Shown here: positions 18,756 to 28,348 of the stretch, piece by piece | Layout: every line of letters starts with the position of its first letter | How positions within the stretch are numbered: position 1 is the stretch's first letter | Source of the DNA: Candidatus Zixiibacteriota bacterium | Lineage (GTDB): Bacteria; Zixibacteria; MSB-5A5; GN15; JAAZOE01 | DNA length: 64,000 nt | Assembly (NCBI GenBank): GCA_036480375.1 | Contig: JAZGGI010000003.1 | Coordinates: 141,892-205,891, forward strand | Direction: 5' to 3' | The notes under the pieces: generated by a model | The model's input: the letters and a program-made list of their open reading frames with translations, nothing else | Databases searched by the model: none | What the model was told of the DNA's origin: nothing | Translations under genes and position numbers: made by a program

Positions 18756-20444
18756 ATGCGATTAGAAACAGAACAAAAATTTACGCAAATGACCCCAACA
18801 ACATATGCTTTTGGCATAATCCTGCTGGCAATTGGCGCGGTCGGGATATATATGATTTCAGTCAAACCCGATGTTTATCCTTACTGGACTATTCTTTTAT
18901 ATTCTATTCCTTCCAATTGCGCCATTTCAATCTTTCCCCACGAACCGGTTCTAATCTGGTATGGCAAAACGGTAAATATTTTATACTTATCGACGGCGGC
19001 CGTGATCGGCACCCTGATAGCGGGCTATCTCGACTACAAATTTTTTATGCCGGTCCTCAATCTGCCATATTCATCCAAATATAAATCGAGTAAAACTTAC
19101 CGGAGAGCAGACTATTGGTTTTATAAAGCCCCTTTTATCTCACTGGCATTAGCTGGCTTAACTCCTGTGCCCTTTTTCCCATTCAAATTCATGGTTTGTG
19201 CGTCCAAATATCCGCTAATGAAATACCTGATGGCGCTGGCCCTCGGCCGTTTTCCCCGATATTGCCTGCTCGCTTTAATTGGCTTTACGATACAGGTTCC
19301 CGACTGGATTATATTCGGGTCATTTGCGTGTATGATAATTATCATCTATCACAGGGTTATAATTAGTTGGATTAAGCGCCCTTTTTCCTTATTATCTCAT
19401 ATGGTCAAAAATAAAATATCACTCATGGATGAAAAAATTCCGGAAAAAATTCCGACCTCGCTGGCAGTTAGAATGGCGGCCCATTCTCTCAAAAATATTA
19501 TACTGAAAAGGCCGCTTTGCATTGCCGTTGAAGTAACGCACAATTGCAACGCCAATTGCCAGCATTGCGATAAGGGAGCAAGCCAGGTGGACAATGCCGT
19601 CGGGGCATCAGAATACGGTAGGATATGCGATGAGCTGGACCCCAGCATGATTCAGATCGCCGGAGGCGAACCCCTCATACGAAAAGACTTGCCGGAGATC
19701 GTGCGGGCGTTGCACCGACCCAACAAACCGCCATTCCTGGTACTAATCACCAATGCTCATCTGCTGACAGTTGAAAAATATCATAAACTTAATGAAGCCG
19801 GGATCAGGCATTATTCGATTTCGCTTGATTATCCCGACACGCGTCATGATGAAAACCGTCGTATTCCCGGCCTGTTTAATCATGTCAGCAAACTGGTTCC
19901 GAAATTGCTGTCATACGGGAAAAACGATGTTGCCATTAATACCTGCATTACGCGCAAAAATTACCCTCACATCAAGGAAATCGCCCACCTGGTCGAAAGC
20001 TGGGGAGCCAAACTGAATTTTTCAGTTTATACTCCGTTACGAACAAATGAAATGTCTTTCTGCCTTAAACATCCGGAAGACACTATCAAACTCCGGGCGA
20101 TTATTGACGATATCTATAATCCGGGTAAATCTTATCGATCGGTAATGACATCACGGCGCGTTCTTCATAAATACTGCCAATTTTTTGAAAACGGCAAGCA
20201 AATGCCCCGGTGCCAGGCCGGCTGGCGGTCGTTGGTGGTAAATCCCGACGGGCGTCTGACGCCCTGCGCCATGCTTATCGACACGCGCTACAACAGCCGT
20301 AAAGAACTCGTGGAGAAATTCTCCAAATCCAATCAATGCAGAGGATGTTTTCTCTCAATCCGCGCCAACACCGAAAAAACTATGTGGCGGTTGCTAACCG
20401 ATAATCTCAGAGCTTTGCGAATATCCGATCAAAGCGTCAGGTAG
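18756..20444 (+). CDS. fusion protein: DedA/VTT-like membrane domain + radical SAM enzyme with SPASM/twitch-like C-terminus
   Basis: The N-terminal ~200 aa has 5-6 TM segments and a VTT-type stretch (FPHEPVLIWYG...GLTPVPFFPFKFMVCASKYPLMKYLMALALGRFPRYCLLALIG). It is followed by CNANCQHC (CX3CX2C), GGEPLIRKD and a C-terminal CQAGWRSLVVNPDGRLTPC...CRGC. The ATG at 18756 is preferred over the TTG at 18744. Confidence 0.75.
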   Translation: MRLETEQKFTQMTPTTYAFGIILLAIGAVGIYMISVKPDVYPYWTILLYSIPSNCAISIFPHEPVLIWYGKTVNILYLSTAAVIGTLIAGYLDYKFFMPVLNLPYSSKYKSSKTYRRADYWFYKAPFISLALAGLTPVPFFPFKFMVCASKYPLMKYLMALALGRFPRYCLLALIGFTIQVPDWIIFGSFACMIIIIYHRVIISWIKRPFSLLSHMVKNKISLMDEKIPEKIPTSLAVRMAAHSLKNIILKRPLCIAVEVTHNCNANCQHCDKGASQVDNAVGASEYGRICDELDPSMIQIAGGEPLIRKDLPEIVRALHRPNKPPFLVLITNAHLLTVEKYHKLNEAGIRHYSISLDYPDTRHDENRRIPGLFNHVSKLVPKLLSYGKNDVAINTCITRKNYPHIKEIAHLVESWGAKLNFSVYTPLRTNEMSFCLKHPEDTIKLRAIIDDIYNPGKSYRSVMTSRRVLHKYCQFFENGKQMPRCQAGWRSLVVNPDGRLTPCAMLIDTRYNSRKELVEKFSKSNQCRGCFLSIRANTEKTMWRLLTDNLRALRISDQSVR

Positions 20445-20636
20445 CGAGTAGGCCGGGATCCCGCCCTACTGGAATACTTATTCCGGTAGATTCTCATAAG
20501 GGTTTCATGTCTTATTTAACCGACTGGCAATATATTCTTACACCACCCATTGGATGAGGATTTTGAGAATTACCTGCTGATTTTTTCTTTTTCCCGAAAC
20601 GAAGCTGTGAGGTCCTCGGCAGACTATGTTAATAAT

Positions 20637-22130
20637 CTATTGTCCAGGCCTGAAACGCTCGATAAAATCGGCCTTCACCCAATATATATTCGATTTCTTC
20701 TCCGGTTCATCATAGCGGCTGAAAAACAAATACCGGCCATCAGGCGAAAGCGACGGGCATGTTTCCATAAATGCAGTATTAATATTGTCATTCAGTTTTT
20801 GCGGTTCCGTCCAGGTATTATCATCTAATCGATAACTGATAAATAGATCTCCCTCGCCATTGAATAACACAAAGCTTTCATCGGGTGCGATAAACGGATG
20901 CGCCCCATAAGATATATTAACTTTTTCAATCTCTTTATAATAACCATCATCCAGCTTAGATCTGTATATCATCGATTCATTAATATTGGTAAAGTACATC
21001 GTTCTGTCGGCAGTAAAAGTCGCCCAAAAAACATCGGCGGAATTTACCGGCGATTCCAGAATTTTCGCCTTTGACCATCCGGATGATATTTTTTCGCTAA
21101 CCCATATTCTTGATTTCCAGTCACCGGGATGCGATGAGAAATACAATTTTTGTCCATCGACTGTATAAAAAGCCTCAAATTCCCAGATGCCGTCGCCCTT
21201 GAGATTGGCCATTACCGGATTGGTCCATACACTATCAATCTGCTGAGTTACCATCAATCCATCACCTGGTTTCGAAGTCGTAAAAAATATTTCATCGCCA
21301 TCTGGCGAAATCGCCAGGCCATATTCATAACTTCCTTGCTTGGAGACGATTCCCGGAGCGAAAATCTCGGGAATAGAATCGGGAGGAGTCTGACCCAGAT
21401 AGGCACCTTCCAGAGCCAAAAAATCCGGATTCAATTTAGTGGATAATAGCTCATCAACAATACTTATCGAACCATGACGAAACTTCACGACCGTCGTGTC
21501 AAGTTTGCCGACGCGAACCTTTTTCCAGGACAGGCACGAATCGCCGACGTACCTTTCGCATTGCTTTTCTATCGTCGTCACGACACCGATAGAATTGCCC
21601 GAATAATCCGAAATCCCCGTCCGTTCGGTTTCTATAACCGCTTTTATATGGGTATCCATCGTAAACGGAAACAAATCATCCTGTCGAAAAACAAGTTTGA
21701 CCAGCACTCCCCTCTCCTGAGGATAGAGAGGCTGTGTCACGGTTCCGTCCGGCCAATCGGCCATGGTCGCCAGCATAAAATCGTATTGATTTTCTTCTCC
21801 TGAATTCACACCGACCCATTCCCAGCCGGATATCAGCGTCCCCGACGTATCAATCGCTTCGACCAAACCGTCTTCACCGATATCATCTATGGCGAAAACG
21901 ACATGACGGTTTTCTTCAATGCGCACATGAAGCTCAACGCCGGAAACAGTATCATAAGGATTGGAAAAATAAACGGGCAACACAATGACGGAATCGTTTG
22001 AGGAAACTTCGACGTTTCCCAAACTTATAGTTACACGAGGATTTTGAGGATCGTCAGCCGCCCATATAATCGTCCCTAAGATAAATATGAGAGCAATAAC
22101 CATATGCATATTGGCCGACTTCATAGTCAA
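20637..22130 (-). CDS. secreted protein: cohesin-like N-terminal module + PD40/TolB-like beta-propeller
   Basis: Signal peptide. Residues ~30-160 fit a cohesin-type pattern (VIVLPVYFSNPYDTVSGVELHVRI...GVLVKLVFRQ). The C-terminal half has repeated PD40-like strands (ISPDGDEIFFT, DGQKLYFSS, RTMYFTN, LSPDGRYLFFSR). Confidence 0.6.
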   Translation of the reverse strand: MTMKSANMHMVIALIFILGTIIWAADDPQNPRVTISLGNVEVSSNDSVIVLPVYFSNPYDTVSGVELHVRIEENRHVVFAIDDIGEDGLVEAIDTSGTLISGWEWVGVNSGEENQYDFMLATMADWPDGTVTQPLYPQERGVLVKLVFRQDDLFPFTMDTHIKAVIETERTGISDYSGNSIGVVTTIEKQCERYVGDSCLSWKKVRVGKLDTTVVKFRHGSISIVDELLSTKLNPDFLALEGAYLGQTPPDSIPEIFAPGIVSKQGSYEYGLAISPDGDEIFFTTSKPGDGLMVTQQIDSVWTNPVMANLKGDGIWEFEAFYTVDGQKLYFSSHPGDWKSRIWVSEKISSGWSKAKILESPVNSADVFWATFTADRTMYFTNINESMIYRSKLDDGYYKEIEKVNISYGAHPFIAPDESFVLFNGEGDLFISYRLDDNTWTEPQKLNDNINTAFMETCPSLSPDGRYLFFSRYDEPEKKSNIYWVKADFIERFRPGQ

Positions 22131-22131
22131 G

Positions 22132-23082
22132 TCATCTGACCTTCAGGAGTGGATGCGTGTTTTCATTCAGCCCGATAGATTCCGCCTCGCGGATATCATG
22201 CGCCAGAGTTATCGAGGGACGAACCTCGTCAAGGCCGAATCCGCCGCCATTAAGAATATCCTGATACACGGCCGTATGCAAATCGGTAAACCCTCCCGAA
22301 AACTCGATTTCATTGCCGTCAATGGTAATCGAGCGATACGTCGGCGGTTCGTTCTTAACGGCGTTTTCCGGCAGATCCGAGCGGTCAGTCGATAACATCC
22401 ATTTTATGCGGGCCCGTTCCAGTTCCAGATAACCGGCCGATTTTGTTTTTTCCGCAATGTGAACCTCATTATATTTAACATCGCCAAACAACCATATCAA
22501 CAGGTCAAAGAAATGAATGCCAATATTAGTCGCGATTCCACCCGAGCGTTCAATCTGGCCTTTCCATGAAACATCATACCAGCGTCCTCGTGAGGTTATA
22601 TAGGTCAGTTCGACATTATGAATTTTATCGCCGCCTTTCTTAAGCAACTTTTCCCGCAATTCAATCAACGACGGATGCAGGCGCAATTGCAGGACCGTGT
22701 AAACCCGGCGGCCGCTTTCCTGTTCAAGCTCCGAGAGAGCGTCTATATTCCAGGGATTCAAAACCAGCGGTTTTTCACAGATGGCGTCGGCGTTGACTCT
22801 CAGGGCAAAACGGACATGCGCGTCATGGAGATAATTGGGCGAACAGATGCTGACGTAATTGACCCGCATGTCTTTCCCCAACCGGCGCAGTTTTTCTATG
22901 TGGCGATCGAAACGCTCAAACTCAACGAAAAAACTGACGTTATCAAAATATTTATCAATGATACCGACCGAATCGCTGGGATCGACGGCGGCGACAAGAT
23001 TATTTCCGGTATCTTTTATTGCCTTCAAATGTCGGGGTGCGACGAATCCGCCAACTCCGATTATGGCAAAATTCCTGGCCAT
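22132..23082 (-). CDS. Gfo/Idh/MocA family oxidoreductase (WbpB-like sugar-nucleotide dehydrogenase)
   Basis: N-terminal Rossmann motif FAIIGVGGFVAPRHLKAIK and the EKP motif (ICEKPL). Confidence 0.8.
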   Translation of the reverse strand: MARNFAIIGVGGFVAPRHLKAIKDTGNNLVAAVDPSDSVGIIDKYFDNVSFFVEFERFDRHIEKLRRLGKDMRVNYVSICSPNYLHDAHVRFALRVNADAICEKPLVLNPWNIDALSELEQESGRRVYTVLQLRLHPSLIELREKLLKKGGDKIHNVELTYITSRGRWYDVSWKGQIERSGGIATNIGIHFFDLLIWLFGDVKYNEVHIAEKTKSAGYLELERARIKWMLSTDRSDLPENAVKNEPPTYRSITIDGNEIEFSGGFTDLHTAVYQDILNGGGFGLDEVRPSITLAHDIREAESIGLNENTHPLLKVR

Positions 23083-23207
23083 TTTTTACTCCCACTTAAG
23101 ATTACCACGCATTTTTAATTCCCAATAATAATAAAATTGATGGCTATATGCTCCAGTTTTTTTATACTTGTTCGTAACTATTTAGACTCAACTAAGAGAT
23201 AATTTTT

Positions 23208-23981
23208 ATGAGGAAATTTGAGGATATCAAAGGCGTCCTGTTTGATCTTGACGGCGTTTTATATATTGGCAATCAAATCATCCCCGGCGCCGTCGAAGCA
23301 ATAGAATATCTGCGCCAGAAACAGATTCCCTGCCGTTTTTCAACTAATACGACGACTAAATCCAGGGGGGTGCTTTTCCGGAAAATAACATCCTTGGGCT
23401 TGCCAATTAAACAGGAAGAAATAATATCCGCCCCACAGGCGGCTATCAGATATTTAAGAAAAATCGGGCAGCCTAAATGCTATCTATGCCTGAATGACGA
23501 TTTGAAAGATGATTTTTCTGAATTTGCTCAAACCGATACAAATCCGGATTATGTCATCATTGGAGACATCTGGGATAAATGGAATTATGAAATCATGAAT
23601 CGGATTTTCCGATTTTTGATTGAAGGGGCCGAATTAATCGCGCTTCACAAGGGACGTTATTGGCGGGAACCGGACGGGCTGCATATCGATATAGGCGTCT
23701 TTATTACCGGTTTGGAATACGCCTCGGGTAAAAAGGCAATCGTTATCGGCAAGCCCAGCCCGGAGTTTTTCACCGCTGCCGTTGAAGACATGAATTTGGC
23801 GCCCGCCGAAGTGATCATGATCGGCGATGATATCGAATCCGACGTAGGTGGCGCGCAAAACGCAGGGCTTCGCGGCGTATTAGTGAAGACAGGAAAATAT
23901 CGTGAAGACTTAGTTAGTAAATCAAAAATCGTTCCCGATGCGATTATTGACTCGGTCGCGCAATTATCCAAATTGATATAG
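23208..23981 (+). CDS. HAD-IIA family hydrolase (LHPP-like)
   Basis: VLFDLDGVLY...STNTTTKSR...GKP...IGDDIESDVGGAQNAGLRGVLVKTGKY. Confidence 0.85.
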   Translation: MRKFEDIKGVLFDLDGVLYIGNQIIPGAVEAIEYLRQKQIPCRFSTNTTTKSRGVLFRKITSLGLPIKQEEIISAPQAAIRYLRKIGQPKCYLCLNDDLKDDFSEFAQTDTNPDYVIIGDIWDKWNYEIMNRIFRFLIEGAELIALHKGRYWREPDGLHIDIGVFITGLEYASGKKAIVIGKPSPEFFTAAVEDMNLAPAEVIMIGDDIESDVGGAQNAGLRGVLVKTGKYREDLVSKSKIVPDAIIDSVAQLSKLI

Positions 23982-24018
23982 GGCACAAATTGCGTTATAA
24001 TTCTTGATACTTCGACGA

Positions 24019-24897
24019 CTAATGCCTTTCTCTATACAGTTGTCCAATCTCCGCTCCCAAAATGAATACCAAAGAAGTGTAGAATATCCAGAATGCCAAA
24101 ACTATCAAAAAAGCGTACGTTCCATATATGAGCTTCAGAGTAATGAAATTCGAAATATAGTAACCGAATAACCGTTCGGCGATATGCCAGAGCAAGGCCG
24201 CAGAAAGAGCCCCCACACAAATAATTTTACTGCCTAATCTGAAATTCGGAACCAGAAAATATATTAAGTAAAAGGCTCCCGCAATAATGACAAATGAAAT
24301 AGCCAAAAGAACGGCACCCTCAATAAAATCAGTGCGGAAACTGCTGAGAAGCTCAACTTTATCGGCGAATCTCTTGGCGATTCCAAAGGCGGGAATAATC
24401 ATGACGGATAATAAAAAGAAAACCAGGACGAGGATAACCAGCCCCAAATCATGCAATTTGCCAATCAACACCGATTGAGAACGACGGGCCCGAAATACCA
24501 TATTCAGGATAGTCCGCATGCTGCTGAACAGCCCGGAAGATGCGAATAATAGTCCAACCGAACCAATAATACCCGCGACACCGCGGTATATCTTAAATTC
24601 TTCGAGACGGGCAAAGACGAATAATTTGACGTCTTCGGCATAATCTTTGTAAGGAATAACCCGATCGATAAATCCATTGATTTCATTAACGATTGACGGT
24701 TGTTCGAATAGAGAACCCAATACGGCGAAAACAATAAGCGCCAGCGGTATGATACAGATAAAAATCGAAAACGACAGCCCGCTGGCCAATAGAAAAATAT
24801 GATGTTCGCCCGTTCGGTTATAGATACCTTTGGAATAATATTCTATTGTATTCCATATGAAGCTTAAGCAATTTTTTATTTTTTTGAACGACCACAT
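24019..24897 (-). CDS. YihY/BrkB (virulence factor BrkB / RNase BN-like) family membrane protein
   Basis: Six TM segments and family-typical ends (HHIFLLASGLSFSIFICIIP...YGTYAFLIVLAFWIFYTSLVFILGAEI). Confidence 0.8.
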   Translation of the reverse strand: MWSFKKIKNCLSFIWNTIEYYSKGIYNRTGEHHIFLLASGLSFSIFICIIPLALIVFAVLGSLFEQPSIVNEINGFIDRVIPYKDYAEDVKLFVFARLEEFKIYRGVAGIIGSVGLLFASSGLFSSMRTILNMVFRARRSQSVLIGKLHDLGLVILVLVFFLLSVMIIPAFGIAKRFADKVELLSSFRTDFIEGAVLLAISFVIIAGAFYLIYFLVPNFRLGSKIICVGALSAALLWHIAERLFGYYISNFITLKLIYGTYAFLIVLAFWIFYTSLVFILGAEIGQLYRERH

Positions 24898-24935
24898 AAT
24901 TATCTATTAATTGCCGTATATACACCAAATACTAA

Positions 24936-26849
24936 CTAGTTTTGTTTACGTGAGCCAAGATGCTTTCTCAGGAACTCTTCGGAGGTCTGATAAAAGAGCA
25001 ATCGATTAGAGGACATCGACAAACCATGTCCTTCATTATCAAATAGCAAATACTCGTTATCAATTCCGCGCCTGACTAAAGATTCTATTACTGAGTCAGC
25101 CTCCCGCGGTAATACTAACCTGTCACGGCCTCCTTGTACGATTAATAACGGTGTGATAATACTATCAGCATAATTAATCGGGGATGCCTTTTGTAATATA
25201 TCAAGTTCAAATGTTGGGTCGCCGACCCGATTGCGGAACATTAAAATCTGGCTGCTGTACGATGCCGGGATCGCCTTGATGAGAGTTTCCAAATTCAAAT
25301 ATCCGCAAACATCGACCACGCAGGAAAAAACATCAGGATACCGAATGGCCGCCATCAGCGCCGCATGGCCCCCGTATCGCCATCCCCAAATCGCGACTCG
25401 ATTTGGATCGGCATAGCCTTTCTCGACAGCCCATAATACACCGTCAACCAGATCATCGACCATGGCCATTCCCCACTGTTTATTGCCGGCATTATAAAAT
25501 TTCTTACCGAAGCCGGTCGATCCCCGGTAATTAATTTGCAGGCATATATACCCCCGATTCGCCAGCCATTGGGTTTCTGAATCATATACCCAACGGTCGC
25601 GATTCCAGGGTCCTTCATGAACGCAAACAACTAAAGGCAGGTTCTTTTTTTCCAGACCAACGGGAAAAGTAATATATCCATATATCGTCGAACCGTCACG
25701 GGCGGAAAATGAAATTGACTCCATTGACGCGAACTCATAATTTTCCATATTGGTGTTATTATTAAAGAAATGAATCGCCTTTTTATTGCTCCGCTTATAC
25801 AAATAAAACGGCACGGGACCATTATCGGTTTTGAATCCAATCAGCCAGTTTTCATCGTTTTTATCGCGACTGCTGATAAAGAAATCCCCATGATGCAAAT
25901 TTTTTATCGCTTCAATATCATCTCGGATAGCATCATCCAGGATTATCGTTTCTTCACGCTCTTTTTCAAATATAACACCCTGAACTTTGCCGGTCCGGGG
26001 ATGAAAAATAGCGCCAAAAACGTTAAAGATATTATCCTCGGCGATGGTCTCTACCTTTCCTGAAGCTATGTTTATTTGTTGAAGACGACTCGTGTTCCCC
26101 TCCTGCGAATTGAGAATAAAAGCGTATTGACCGTCGGCAGAAAATCCAACCGGGCTGCTGGTTAGCATATCCTCGGGATTCCAGGTTATAATCTTTCGCC
26201 ATTTACCCGCCACCGTATCGGTGACCATGAAATTATACTGGCCGTCCTGACCTGCCTCAAGACTTCCGCGAGCATTCAAATCATGATCAATTAACCAACC
26301 TAAAACTGTGCCCGAGTTTTCGGCTATAAGCTCGAAGTTCCCGCTTACCAAATCAACCTTATAAACATGCGGTGCATAATCATTTATGCTTCCGAAACTA
26401 ATAATAACCGAATTGGGGCAATCCTGACTTACTTTTAATATCTGTACATTGATTCCATCCATCGGTGTCAACTCGCGGACTTCCCCAGTAGCCAAATCGT
26501 AATCGAATAATTTGTTATAACCCTTACTCTCAACGTCACGCAAATAGAGAACCCTGGAACCATCCCCTGACCAGATATGACTTTTTATTCCTTGCTGAGC
26601 ATCATGCGTAATTTGCGTTTTCTCTGATGTGGCAATATCGAAAATAAAAATATTGTATAAATTTCCGATTAAACCCAAATAGGCGACTTTATCCCCATTT
26701 GGTGATAACAGCGGATTTGCGATTTCACTAACACTAAATAATACTTCTAAAGGAATCTCCCGGGATATTTTTTCCGACTCACAGGCATTAAGCACTAAGA
26801 AAATACCTAAAATCGCAAGGACAAAAATCATTATATATACTTTTCGCAT
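24936..26849 (-). CDS. S9-family (DPP/prolyl oligopeptidase-like) protein with the nucleophile Ser replaced by Arg
   Basis: Signal/lipoprotein-like start, beta-propeller half, then an alpha/beta-hydrolase half. The nucleophile elbow reads VAIWGWRYGGHA (GWSYGG expected). The Asp (QGGRDRLV) and His (DNEGHGL) contexts are retained. Confidence 0.8.
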   Translation of the reverse strand: MRKVYIMIFVLAILGIFLVLNACESEKISREIPLEVLFSVSEIANPLLSPNGDKVAYLGLIGNLYNIFIFDIATSEKTQITHDAQQGIKSHIWSGDGSRVLYLRDVESKGYNKLFDYDLATGEVRELTPMDGINVQILKVSQDCPNSVIISFGSINDYAPHVYKVDLVSGNFELIAENSGTVLGWLIDHDLNARGSLEAGQDGQYNFMVTDTVAGKWRKIITWNPEDMLTSSPVGFSADGQYAFILNSQEGNTSRLQQINIASGKVETIAEDNIFNVFGAIFHPRTGKVQGVIFEKEREETIILDDAIRDDIEAIKNLHHGDFFISSRDKNDENWLIGFKTDNGPVPFYLYKRSNKKAIHFFNNNTNMENYEFASMESISFSARDGSTIYGYITFPVGLEKKNLPLVVCVHEGPWNRDRWVYDSETQWLANRGYICLQINYRGSTGFGKKFYNAGNKQWGMAMVDDLVDGVLWAVEKGYADPNRVAIWGWRYGGHAALMAAIRYPDVFSCVVDVCGYLNLETLIKAIPASYSSQILMFRNRVGDPTFELDILQKASPINYADSIITPLLIVQGGRDRLVLPREADSVIESLVRRGIDNEYLLFDNEGHGLSMSSNRLLFYQTSEEFLRKHLGSRKQN

Positions 26850-26984
26850 GAATCATTCCCTTTAACATAAATTCCGGATTCTGGCTTGCTTTGCATAATT
26901 AATTATATGAGACTTTGTTATGCATATCAAATAAAAAGAGACGGGTCTTAATCCGCCTCCGAGTAAGAATCTATTATCACTTGT

Positions 26985-28313
26985 CTAAAGTCCGCTGAAT
27001 TGAACATCCTCGAATTTAAGGCTGGCAAATCTTTGAGACGAAATGAGGTGGGGATCATTCCCGATTTCCGTTAATCGATTCAACAGGTCTTTGAAATTCC
27101 CCGAAATATTCATCTCATTGATTGGCTGAATAGCTTTTCCATCCTCAATCAAAAATCCGTTGACGCCGTATGAAAAATCTCCCGTTGTTTCGTTGGAACT
27201 TCCCCCAAGAAAACCGGTTACCAAAATGCCTCGTTTCATTTCGGCTACCATTTCATCCAGGGATTTTTCTCCATAATTTAGAATAAGATTAGATGTCCCT
27301 CCCCCGGTAGGCTCCATTCCCAGTTTCCGGCCATAATATGAATCAATAAGATATGATTTTAATACCCCATTCTCAATTATGGATCTTTTGTGAGCCGCCA
27401 TCCCTTCCCGGTCATACAGGCGCGAACCGATGCCTCTGGGTATAAAAGGGTCATCAACTATGGTAAGAATATCCGATGCTATTTTATTATCCAACATGTC
27501 AATAAGAAAAGAATTTTTCTGCTGGAGCGAACGACCCGACAGCGACCTCAGGACAGTCCCCAATATCCGACTCGCACGGCGATTGATCACAATCATATCA
27601 TAAACGCCGGAAGCGATTTTCTTTTGCCCGATTTTCCTCAGGGCTCGATCGACCGCGGTATGGCTGATTTTTCCAGAATTATCCAGATCCTCAAAATGCC
27701 GCATATTTGTGTTATCGGATCCCTCAACAATATTACCCTGATCATCTTTGATAGACGCATCACAATAAGCATAAAACGAAGTCGAGATTTTCTCACCGAC
27801 AAATCCATTGGTTGTCACCTTAAGAGATTCGGTAAAATTATCACCGTACTCTCCGGTGCAGGAAATCACTTTGTCACTTCTTTGACGACCTCCTTCTTCC
27901 AAAGTCCGTGCCAATTCAACTCTTTGATTGGATTGAATAGTCTCATAAGACACGTCTCGAATTTGCAGGTCCTGATATTCCATATCCTGGAAATATTTCG
28001 GGTCGGGTAATTGCCGATATTTATCTTCCCCGAGATATTTTGTCATAGCTACCGCCTTTTTAATAAACTCAATCACTGAATCACGCCTCATATCGTTGGT
28101 AGTATGGCTGGAATATTTGTTATCGACATAAATACCGAGGGTCATCGATTTCCGCGTAGATTCTTTAAGTTCATCCATCTTGCCGTCGCGAAAACTGACG
28201 CTCACCTCCCGAGATTTTGAAATATCGACGGCAACATCTTTGACACCTTCCCTTTTGGCGTTAACGGTAACCCAATGCGCCAGATCCAGCTCGTCAAGCA
28301 AAGTAATTCTCAT
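26985..28313 (-). CDS. pmbA: TldE/PmbA family metalloprotease subunit (no signal peptide)
   Basis: TldD/PmbA family pattern throughout, including a C-terminal GDFSYGVNGFLIEDGK. It lacks the HExxxH motif, as PmbA-type subunits do. Confidence 0.85.
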   Translation of the reverse strand: MRITLLDELDLAHWVTVNAKREGVKDVAVDISKSREVSVSFRDGKMDELKESTRKSMTLGIYVDNKYSSHTTNDMRRDSVIEFIKKAVAMTKYLGEDKYRQLPDPKYFQDMEYQDLQIRDVSYETIQSNQRVELARTLEEGGRQRSDKVISCTGEYGDNFTESLKVTTNGFVGEKISTSFYAYCDASIKDDQGNIVEGSDNTNMRHFEDLDNSGKISHTAVDRALRKIGQKKIASGVYDMIVINRRASRILGTVLRSLSGRSLQQKNSFLIDMLDNKIASDILTIVDDPFIPRGIGSRLYDREGMAAHKRSIIENGVLKSYLIDSYYGRKLGMEPTGGGTSNLILNYGEKSLDEMVAEMKRGILVTGFLGGSSNETTGDFSYGVNGFLIEDGKAIQPINEMNISGNFKDLLNRLTEIGNDPHLISSQRFASLKFEDVQFSGL

Positions 28314-28348
28314 ATTTAAAATTCCTTTCTATATCTAAACGCATTGGG

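Noticed and set aside
18565-18765. 66-aa ORF upstream of the radical SAM fusion gene
   Set aside because: No SD, no recognisable motif, and it lies in the likely 5' leader/promoter region. A hairpin at about 18665-18690 suggests a structured leader rather than coding sequence.
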